Below, in pieces: positions 1 to 7,394 of a DNA stretch of 21,122 nucleotides. Position 1 is the stretch's first letter, and each line of letters opens with the position of its first letter. Location of the stretch: the NCBI GenBank assembly GCA_043739185.1, contig JAYUEN010000072.1, forward strand, positions 1 through 21,122, in the 5' to 3' direction. The stretch is from Bdellovibrionales bacterium. Lineage in GTDB: Bacteria > Bdellovibrionota > Bdellovibrionia > Bdellovibrionales > JAMPXM01. Both the position numbers and the translations under genes were made by a program. Below the pieces are notes generated by a model, which worked only from the letters and a program-made list of their open reading frames with translations, was not told the origin of the DNA and searched no databases.

Positions 1-359
1 ATAGCAAAACCAATAACGCTCAAGAGCTGGTAACTAAGTCCCATGTTTTCTAGAAGAGTAAATGAACCTTTGTAAAAATACTTTAAAGAGCACACCAGCA
101 AAACCTGATAAATAATAAAAAATTTAAGGTGCGGCCTCTTCATTTTAAAAATGAGCGTGCAATCAACCAAGATTTTGACAAAATAAATTAGAAATCCGAT
201 AGGCGAAAGAATATACAATGCCAAGCAAACCAACAAAATTGATAATATCATCTGTCTTGATACTGAAAAACGTTGCTCTATCCAATGGCCTTGTTCATCT
301 GTAAAAACAAATGCAAAAACAATCGAGGCCCCAATGATAAATAGATTAAGAACAGCCAC
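1..359 (-). CDS. Partial CDS (5' part; runs off window start), probable MBOAT family O-acyltransferase (AlgI/DltB-like)
   Basis: Not in the ORF track. Manual translation from GTG at 359 (AAGGA upstream) is open to position 1: VAVLNLFIIGASIVFAFVFT...YQVLLVCSLKYFYKGSFTLLENMGLSYQLLSVIGFA. It has several hydrophobic helices. The KY...GLSYQLLSVIGF segment resembles the MBOAT N-terminal 'KY...LGISFYTFQ.ISY' segment and parallels SYLGLQSIGY of the MBOAT at 5038. The catalytic region lies outside the window. Confidence 0.6.
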   Translation of the reverse strand, partial: MAVLNLFIIGASIVFAFVFTDEQGHWIEQRFSVSRQMILSILLVCLALYILSPIGFLIYFVKILVDCTLIFKMKRPHLKFFIIYQVLLVCSLKYFYKGSFTLLENMGLSYQLLSVIGFA

Positions 360-376
360 TCCATCCTTTAAAATTT

Positions 377-1033
377 TTAATTCTTCTGAACATAGTAAGT
401 GCGATTGATCATCGGGTGCTTCTCATCCGTAGGGCCCCAATCGCTCTCAGGATGATATGCGATAACGACCATACTAGAGTCTAAAGTCTTAAATCGATGC
501 CGTTCATCAGCTTCAATACAGAAAGTGTCTCCTGTATTGAGCATCTGCTCACCCTCATTACTACTCGCAATACCGTGACCTCTCAAGACATATCCCAAGC
601 GGATAGATGGATGGGTGTGAAAGGTCTGATCCGTTTTTGCCGGAAAATAGAGAGCGTTTAGACATGGGTCCCCTATTCGTGGAGGGGAAATAAGTAAGGT
701 GTCTTTGCAGCCGTCAATATAAACAAGCCGTCCTTGACTCTCAACTTCAGCTGCAAACACATTAACCCCGGTAAATTCAAATCTTGTGAAAACAGTAACA
801 CAGCCATCGTCACAGATCACCTCACCCGAATTCAAACTAAATACATTTTGACCTTTAACGTGAAATTGATTCTCTGAATGAATAATCCGCGCAGTGCCGT
901 CGATAACCCCGAAACTCGTAGAGGACTTAGGAACAACATATCTCATCTGAGGTCGAAGCAAGGTCAACTCAGAAGGAAACTGATCTTTGCGAAACTCCAT
1001 TTGAATTTTAGAAACTTGAGTGAATATCTTCAA
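377..1033 (-). CDS. Cupin-domain protein (RmlC-like barrel, metal-binding His motif)
   Basis: 218 aa; TTG start with GAGAGG upstream. C-terminal cupin motifs QTFHTHPSIRLGYVLRGHG and GDTFCIEADERHRF, plus YIDGC..LL.PPR.GDPCLN and AYHPESDWGPTDEKHPMINRT blocks. Confidence 0.8.
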   Translation of the reverse strand: MKIFTQVSKIQMEFRKDQFPSELTLLRPQMRYVVPKSSTSFGVIDGTARIIHSENQFHVKGQNVFSLNSGEVICDDGCVTVFTRFEFTGVNVFAAEVESQGRLVYIDGCKDTLLISPPRIGDPCLNALYFPAKTDQTFHTHPSIRLGYVLRGHGIASSNEGEQMLNTGDTFCIEADERHRFKTLDSSMVVIAYHPESDWGPTDEKHPMINRTYYVQKN

Positions 1034-1159
1034 TCTCAGACCTCTCTCAGATGTTTTTTATATTTTGAATAAAATCGAGGTTAAAGTCTATGTTAATCAA
1101 ATTGAGATGAGGTAAATAAACTGTGCAAAATTCAACGCATCGCAAGGGGCTGGAGCTGA

Positions 1160-1438
1160 TTGCTTTCTTACGACAAATATAAGATGAAAGATCACATGAT
1201 AAAAGATAATTCAGCCGAAGAATTACCAGCTTTTTTGAAGCAGACTTTTCCCGAACTCCATCTTGATCGACCCATTCACCTGCAACTCAGCAGCATCGAT
1301 ATGGTCCATTTAGTTTCTGCGATTGAAAAACACTTCAATATAGAAATCGACCATAAAGACATTAAAAAAGGTTTCCTAAAAGACTTTGAAACGACATTGA
1401 GTGTTTTAAAAGAAAAAAGAAGTAAGCCATCAACTTAG
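1160..1438 (+). CDS. Acyl/peptidyl carrier protein (DltC-like, phosphopantetheine-binding)
   Basis: Small protein with LSSIDMVHLVSAIEKHFNIEI, which matches the carrier helix II pattern (L-D-S-x-D...L...IE..F.I.I) but with SS instead of DS. TTG start is preceded by GGAG; ATG at 1184 or 1196 are alternative starts. Its 3' end overlaps the adenylation-enzyme gene. Confidence 0.75.
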   Translation: MLSYDKYKMKDHMIKDNSAEELPAFLKQTFPELHLDRPIHLQLSSIDMVHLVSAIEKHFNIEIDHKDIKKGFLKDFETTLSVLKEKRSKPST

Positions 1439-2974
1439 CTCATTGATGACTATTAGATTTCCTTGATCAAATGATTTGAGATTTTGAAATTTCGCCCGAA
1501 AGCTGTGTCGGGTCGGTTTTCCGCTGGGAGTCCGAGCTTTTGCGTTCGTCAAAAGTACGACTTTAGGCCGAGCATGGCTCGAGAAGTGAATCGTTAAATA
1601 TTCTTTTAGTTCATCAATTTTTTTTTCAATCTGAAAATCGGGATCGACTTCTAAGACTAAACCAATATCTTCTCCATAAATTTCAGATTCGAACCCCACT
1701 GAAATTACATCCTTTTGACCAATATTGAGGTTCAACAATTGGTCGTCTACTTCTTTAAGCGAAACTGTAACTCCATTACGTTTTATTATATCCTTTTTAC
1801 GTCCAGAAATATAAAAATATTGGACAGAATCAATTTCTCTAAAATACCCAAGGTCGCCAGTACAAAAGAAGTCTTTGTAGAATGAGCTCCTTTGCTGATC
1901 GTCTCTGTAGTGCTTCATAACAGAGCTTCCCCGAATACATATTTGACCAATCTGATTTTCGGAGCATGCATTAAATTGATCATCAAAGACCCTCACCTCG
2001 TTATCAAAAAGTGCTTTCCCGGCGCAAGTATTGGTTTGATCAACAGCAATCTTCCAATATTTATCTTCATCCTGTAAAACTGATATTGGCATAGTTAATG
2101 AGAAATTGACAATTTCTGACAAGCCATAACCTTGAATAATTTTCTTTCCAAAAGTATTGCTAAATAGTTTCATGAGCTCGGGTGAAAGGTAGGACGCAGC
2201 CGAAACAAAATATTTGACACTTCTAAAATCACTAGAGTCGATCCATTTAGAACTTCGGCATAAAATATTTATCAATGTTGGCACTACGCTGACAATGGTT
2301 GCAGATTCTTTTGCAATGACTTCAGTGAAGCTCGAAAATTCAAATCTTTCAAAAAGAATCAATTTGCACCCACTGACAAATGAAGACAGGAATGAGAAAA
2401 AGAGACAATTCACATGAAAAATCGGAAGCGACGTTGCGATTGTTTCCTGACCTCCCAGATGGTGATGATCGACAACAGCCTGAATATTCGAGTTGATATT
2501 ATCATAACTCAGACAAACGACTTTACTATATCCCGTACTCCCACTTGTAAAAACCTGAATTGCTGTTTCGCCCGGATAAGGCGCTGGATTCAAAATTGAG
2601 TTGTGAGCTCTTACTTGCTGATTCATCTTTTGGCTACAAAGAGCATTATCTAAAACAACTGAATCCGAGCTCAGTTTACTCAATTTCTGCTTTTGTTGGT
2701 TTGGATGATCCTCTGGGCTAATAAGCGTGAGGGTTTTGCCCGACTTAAGAGCCGAAAGTATTTGAACCAAATGAACATAATTATTTCCGTTAATCGTAAC
2801 TAAATTTTTCGATTGAAGTGTCACAAAATAGCTTGAAAGACTAAAAACATCTTTCTCAAACTCGAAATATGTTTTTTGAATCTGTTGGCCATCGGCCATC
2901 CTCAACAGAACAAAATCTTTTCGAGAAAAATTTTTGAATGAATTTTCTATTTTAAGAAAAAGCGCATTCTCCAA
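1430..2974 (-). CDS. Class I adenylate-forming enzyme (acyl-CoA/acyl-ACP synthetase, AMP-binding)
   Basis: Motifs VFTSGSTGYSK (P-loop), LPIFHVN, QGYGLSE, FCTGDLG, SGRKKDIIKRNG and RTPSGK. TTG start with AAGGAAG upstream. Confidence 0.92.
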   Translation of the reverse strand: MENALFLKIENSFKNFSRKDFVLLRMADGQQIQKTYFEFEKDVFSLSSYFVTLQSKNLVTINGNNYVHLVQILSALKSGKTLTLISPEDHPNQQKQKLSKLSSDSVVLDNALCSQKMNQQVRAHNSILNPAPYPGETAIQVFTSGSTGYSKVVCLSYDNINSNIQAVVDHHHLGGQETIATSLPIFHVNCLFFSFLSSFVSGCKLILFERFEFSSFTEVIAKESATIVSVVPTLINILCRSSKWIDSSDFRSVKYFVSAASYLSPELMKLFSNTFGKKIIQGYGLSEIVNFSLTMPISVLQDEDKYWKIAVDQTNTCAGKALFDNEVRVFDDQFNACSENQIGQICIRGSSVMKHYRDDQQRSSFYKDFFCTGDLGYFREIDSVQYFYISGRKKDIIKRNGVTVSLKEVDDQLLNLNIGQKDVISVGFESEIYGEDIGLVLEVDPDFQIEKKIDELKEYLTIHFSSHARPKVVLLTNAKARTPSGKPTRHSFRAKFQNLKSFDQGNLIVINELS

Positions 2975-2990
2975 AATTAAAACTTCCTTT

Positions 2991-4721
2991 CTATAAAATC
3001 TCTAAAGAGAAGTATTGACCCGTAATCCTTTTGACGTCCCTTTTAAACCCTAACTTCAAAAAAATATCGACCATGAGTTTATTTTTTTCAGTAGGAAGAT
3101 ATTCGAGATCAAGGCAGCTAACTTTTAATTTAGATAGAATTTCAAGCGCAGAGTTTAGAATAATGCTCTCTGCATTTCTTCCGAACGCTCGGCAACTTAA
3201 AACCCAGGACTCAATGAAGGCCTCTGGGTTTTCACCAAAACTGTTATGTCGAATAATAATGCTCGAAATGAGACCTAGATCCCCCAGACGATCTTTCATC
3301 CTTAGGCTGAGACAAATAAAATGAGAGTCTTTAGAAATATTCTCTAGCCAAGCAAGAGTAGTCGGCTTTTTATTCAGATTGAACTGATTCGTTTTATTTA
3401 TGAGTTGGTTAACTCTGGCGAGATCATCTTGCGTGAACCTCTTAACTTCGGCCTCAATTTTTAAGTCTTTCAGATAGTCTTCGTAAGAATAGGATGCCGC
3501 CAAGGCTTCGTCTCGCAAAATATCCGCGCGCTTCATTTGGTTACGATTGTCGTCTTCCGAAGTAGTGAAGTTTGTATCAAAAAATCCGGTAGTCTCGATA
3601 GTCTCCGAAAATTGGCTCACTTCGCTAGGCAGTTCAGGCACAACCATATTTTTAAAAGCAAACCTAATTTGCTCACGCTCAAAAGGATTATCATCGACGA
3701 AAGCAACCAAGGACGAATCAAGATTTAGCTTCAGCAAAATACGTTGAACTTTCTGTGACTTTGGACTCCAGTCACATTCAATCACGGCAAAATCAGAAAG
3801 CTTTAATTTCATATTTGTATTCAGCTTAAAGACTTCTTCAACATTTGATAGTTCATTTTGACTACAAATACAGAGTAAAATACCCCGAGACTTCAAACTC
3901 AGGAGGTAGTCTTGAAAGCGAGAGAATTCTTGGCCGGGCGGCCTTTCGTCAGTTAGGTGAATATCTTGCCAGCCTAAGTCACCCAGCTCGCCTCCCCACA
4001 GAACATTATCAAGATCCAATATGACGGCTCGGGCATTCAAACCAAAAAAGGATGCAATTTGACTGACAAGTTTTTTTGCCAAAATGCACTGATTGTCTAG
4101 GGTGGTAATACATTTTGTAAGTTCAAAAAACCTCTCATCATTCCATTTATCTTTGCCTATCTGACGCGAAAGCGCTTCAACGTCTAATAGCTTGGCAGAT
4201 AGAGGTAGTCTCGCACTTAACTCGCGATTAAAATGAGCAATTGCCTCTTGATCTTGAGCACTTTGCGAATCGAGTGCCGCCAAATTATTAAAAATAACAT
4301 CAGCAGAATATTGGTCCCGTATCTTTTTAGCCATTGTTAGCCAGACGTTCAATTCGTCGGAAAGGTTTTCAAGTGAAACAAATTTACCTCCACCACAATA
4401 GTAAAAAAAATCAGGCCTCTTCATTTGCTCAGATTTGAAATCAGATAAAATTCTACTCTTGAAAACTTCATATGGCCAAACTTCAAGATTGAATACGATT
4501 CTGCGAGAAAGACCAATGACTTGAATGATAGGAGCAAGAAAATCAACATTATATCCGCCACCTAAAACCAAATTTACATGTGAAAAGCCTTTCGCCTGCA
4601 ATAATTGGGAATTATTTTGCTTGGTAGATTTAAGGATTTTCAAAAGCTCTTCGTATCTCAAGTGATTAAAAAAAACGCGAGCGAGATTTGATATGATGTC
4701 ATTCGAATCTATTTTTTGCAT
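2991..4721 (-). CDS. fkbH: FkbH-family protein (HAD-IIIC phosphatase plus acyltransferase domain; glyceryl-ACP loader)
   Basis: HAD motif ILDLDNVLWGG, ICSQN, FVDDNPFER, RVNQLINKTNQFNL, DRLGDLGLI and WVLSCRAFGR (transfer Cys). The start overlaps the stop of the upstream ACP gene. Confidence 0.93.
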   Translation of the reverse strand: MQKIDSNDIISNLARVFFNHLRYEELLKILKSTKQNNSQLLQAKGFSHVNLVLGGGYNVDFLAPIIQVIGLSRRIVFNLEVWPYEVFKSRILSDFKSEQMKRPDFFYYCGGGKFVSLENLSDELNVWLTMAKKIRDQYSADVIFNNLAALDSQSAQDQEAIAHFNRELSARLPLSAKLLDVEALSRQIGKDKWNDERFFELTKCITTLDNQCILAKKLVSQIASFFGLNARAVILDLDNVLWGGELGDLGWQDIHLTDERPPGQEFSRFQDYLLSLKSRGILLCICSQNELSNVEEVFKLNTNMKLKLSDFAVIECDWSPKSQKVQRILLKLNLDSSLVAFVDDNPFEREQIRFAFKNMVVPELPSEVSQFSETIETTGFFDTNFTTSEDDNRNQMKRADILRDEALAASYSYEDYLKDLKIEAEVKRFTQDDLARVNQLINKTNQFNLNKKPTTLAWLENISKDSHFICLSLRMKDRLGDLGLISSIIIRHNSFGENPEAFIESWVLSCRAFGRNAESIILNSALEILSKLKVSCLDLEYLPTEKNKLMVDIFLKLGFKRDVKRITGQYFSLEIL

Positions 4722-4954
4722 TTTTTGGCAATCATTTCATATAATTTCTGAACAGACTCAATGTCATTTATTTCAGGAATTGAAAAAAGCACTTCAAATT
4801 CAGACTCGAGTGCAACGATGATTCGAATGTGGGTGATTGAATCCCATCCGTAAACATCCGAAGCTTTCAAATCTTTCGTGATTTCTGGCAAATCGACTCC
4901 AAGGATGGTTTCAATTATTTTATTTGCTCTCTTTTGAACTTCATCTAAAGTCAC
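4709..4954 (-). CDS. Acyl carrier protein (FkbH-associated type)
   Basis: 81 aa, acidic, GTG start. DVYGWDSITHIRIIVALESEF carries the WDS phosphopantetheine site typical of FkbH-linked ACPs. 13-nt overlap with the fkbH start. Confidence 0.92.
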   Translation of the reverse strand: MTLDEVQKRANKIIETILGVDLPEITKDLKASDVYGWDSITHIRIIVALESEFEVLFSIPEINDIESVQKLYEMIAKKCKK

Positions 4955-4988
4955 GTTTGTCTTTCGGCGTCGAATTTAGCAAGGGCTC

Positions 4989-5015
4989 ATTATATTTAAA
5001 GAACTTAAATTTCAA
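4989..5015 (-). promoter_or_regulatory. Possible sigma70 promoter for the ACP-fkbH-ligase operon
   Basis: Minus-strand TTGAAA (5015-5010) and perfect TATAAT (4994-4989) in the 83-nt divergent gap. The spacer is only 15 nt, so this is tentative. Confidence 0.35.
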
Positions 5016-5037
5016 TTTATGGTAACCTCGAGTTCTG

Positions 5038-6288
5038 ATGAAAAACAAGTGGCGTTCATGCCTCATCATTATTATTAATTTTGCTTTCTTAGCCTTTTAT
5101 TTCTCAAGTGGCGCACTCCTGACAATTGGTCTATTGAACCTAAATTTCTTAGGAGTTTGGTATGCATCGAAACGACGCCCCACCGTTCGAAATATTCTTG
5201 CCGTTTTACTCATTTTAACAAATGTCGCTTTTTTACTGACGAAAAAGTTTGACGCAATTGGAGACTACGTTAAGCCTATTTTTTGGAGTTACTTAGGTCT
5301 TCAGTCAATTGGCTATGTTGTTGACGTTTTATTTTTTGAAAAGGAGTGCTTAAGCTACATTGATTTTACCAAAACCAGTGTTTTTTTTGCTAATATTGTC
5401 TCGGGACCTATCGAAAATCTTCATCTTTTAAGTCAAAAATTGAAAAGGGGTTCTTTAGATGCCCCCCTTTGGACTGCTGCCATTGGACTCTTAATTAACG
5501 GCCTATTTAAGAAGATTTTGGCAGACCGAATTGTCGACGTATTGGCGGTGATCAATTTTAATGACAAGGGTTCAACTAGTTCAGTCCTCGTCATTCTACT
5601 CACATCGGCCAGACTCTACTGCGATTTTAGCGGCTACACAGACATCGCACGGGGATCGGCAAAAATAGTTGGTGTCGATCTCGTTCCAAATTTCAATTTG
5701 CCGTACCTTTCAAAATCATTAACTGAATTCTGGACCAAATGGCACATGAGCTTGGGCATGTGGTTTAAAAACTATATTTTTGTTCCTCTGAATACTTCTA
5801 TTTTGAGAAAAATGAAAAACTATCCTAGCTCAATCTATTTAAGTAGCACGATAAGTGTACTCTCGGTTTTTTTATTGATAGGTATTTGGCATTCTTTTTC
5901 AGTTAATTTTATCTTTTGGGGGATCGCTAACGCTACGATTATTTTAATCGAGCATATACCCGGCATTGCCAAGTTAGCTCTTCCCCGTTTCTTTATGTGG
6001 TTAAGAACCATTCTGGTTGTATTAGCCTTACAGTTTCTGGTTCACTCTGGAGTCTCGGTCAATAATTATGTTAGAACATTCAAATCAATATTTGTAATCG
6101 CGGGCGCCCCTTCGTATACTCTGTCTGCCTGGGTCCTGAGTTTTCTCTTTTTAATTGTTCCTCATTTTTTCGATTTCATCTTGATTCGTTCTAAAGAAAA
6201 AGAGAACTTCTTTTTATGGACGGTTCAGGCCTATCTCATATTTCTTATGCAAAGCTCGCCGCGATCTTTTATCTACGGAGCTTTTTAA
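5038..6288 (+). CDS. MBOAT family O-acyltransferase (AlgI/DltB/PatA-like) with C-terminal acyl-shuttle motif
   Basis: SGPI, GLFKKILAD, LYCDFSGYTDIARG, NFNLPYLSKSLTEFWTKWHMSLGMWFKNYIF and the catalytic LIGIWH. The protein ends ...SFIYGAF-stop. Confidence 0.93.
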   Translation: MKNKWRSCLIIIINFAFLAFYFSSGALLTIGLLNLNFLGVWYASKRRPTVRNILAVLLILTNVAFLLTKKFDAIGDYVKPIFWSYLGLQSIGYVVDVLFFEKECLSYIDFTKTSVFFANIVSGPIENLHLLSQKLKRGSLDAPLWTAAIGLLINGLFKKILADRIVDVLAVINFNDKGSTSSVLVILLTSARLYCDFSGYTDIARGSAKIVGVDLVPNFNLPYLSKSLTEFWTKWHMSLGMWFKNYIFVPLNTSILRKMKNYPSSIYLSSTISVLSVFLLIGIWHSFSVNFIFWGIANATIILIEHIPGIAKLALPRFFMWLRTILVVLALQFLVHSGVSVNNYVRTFKSIFVIAGAPSYTLSAWVLSFLFLIVPHFFDFILIRSKEKENFFLWTVQAYLIFLMQSSPRSFIYGAF

Positions 6289-6289
6289 T

Positions 6290-7378
6290 ATGAGACTCAT
6301 TTACGCTCTTATTTTAATAACCGTATTTACAATATTTTGCGCGCGTATGACGAGACCGCTATTACTCACGCTTGCAAGCCGATATTCAACCAGCTCACAC
6401 AACCGCAAACGAGTAGTCGAGTTTCAAAAATTTGAAAAACAAATTTTTAGTTCAAGTACTGCGCCAAGTTTTATTTTTGGGGCCTCAAGTGTTGAGGGCT
6501 TTATGGATTCAAGAATTCTCGATCAAAAATTCAAACAACATCAAGTCGATGTCGCTTTTTACAATATGGGATTTCCAATGTTGTCCTACTACGAGTTATC
6601 GCTTCTTGCAGAAGGCATTCAAGAAAAATTAAGCCAGACGAATAAAAAAGCAGAATTAAGTCTCATTCGTCTCGAACCAGCGCTGCTAACAAAAACTTTT
6701 TTTTACGGACTGAAAACGCGAGAAAGTAAATTTGATTTTGAAAGACTCATTCACTTGTCGACAGCAAGTTTAGGTCAAAAATTTGTATCCTCAATTGAAA
6801 ACTGGATTTACGGAACCGGCGGACAAGACGATTTTACTTTTTGGCTCTCTGATCTTTTTTTTAGCCGACAGAATAACAATTCAAAGATTCACTATGCTCC
6901 CTGGATTTTTTGGCAGTTTCAAGAAGAACCAGAATGGAATTACGAAAAACGCGGCAACACCGATTTTAACAAAACACAAAGCTATGAGCTCTTTGAGTCT
7001 ATCATGAAACAAAAGTCCTCGCCCGAATTAGAAGGTTTTGCTTGGTCTGAAATAACAAAGAGATTTGGTGCCAATCAATTTGATTTCGAAGAAACACTTG
7101 TAAAAGGCGCAATTGAAGACATTAAAAGCATTTCAAAATTTTCAAAAAAAACGATCGTATTCTTTTATCCAGACCGCGGCTCGGAACAGAACTTAACCGA
7201 ACAGGCCAAAAAGAATTTGCAGACATTATTTGAGCGTATTCAAACGCCAAACAATGCGACCCTTGTTATCGTTGAAGCTCAAAAACTTGAACATCGTGAC
7301 TATTATGACCCTACTCATTTATCTCCAAGTGGTTGGAATAAGGTTAGTGACATTTTAGTCGAAGCAGCATTGAAATAA
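6290..7378 (+). CDS. Membrane-anchored SGNH-fold acyltransferase (DltD/AlgJ/PatB-like)
   Basis: N-terminal hydrophobic anchor, block I FIFGASS, FYNMG, and C-terminal YYDPTHLSPSGW (DxxH). It starts 1 nt after the MBOAT stop. Confidence 0.75.
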   Translation: MRLIYALILITVFTIFCARMTRPLLLTLASRYSTSSHNRKRVVEFQKFEKQIFSSSTAPSFIFGASSVEGFMDSRILDQKFKQHQVDVAFYNMGFPMLSYYELSLLAEGIQEKLSQTNKKAELSLIRLEPALLTKTFFYGLKTRESKFDFERLIHLSTASLGQKFVSSIENWIYGTGGQDDFTFWLSDLFFSRQNNNSKIHYAPWIFWQFQEEPEWNYEKRGNTDFNKTQSYELFESIMKQKSSPELEGFAWSEITKRFGANQFDFEETLVKGAIEDIKSISKFSKKTIVFFYPDRGSEQNLTEQAKKNLQTLFERIQTPNNATLVIVEAQKLEHRDYYDPTHLSPSGWNKVSDILVEAALK

Positions 7379-7394
7379 ATAGAGGCGGCAAAAC

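Noticed and set aside
2991..4954. FkbH+ACP as evidence of a PKS/tetronate antibiotic cluster
   Set aside because: No ketosynthase, FabH-like, condensation or acyl-ACP dehydrogenase genes in the window. The neighbours are MBOAT/SGNH and glycosylation genes.
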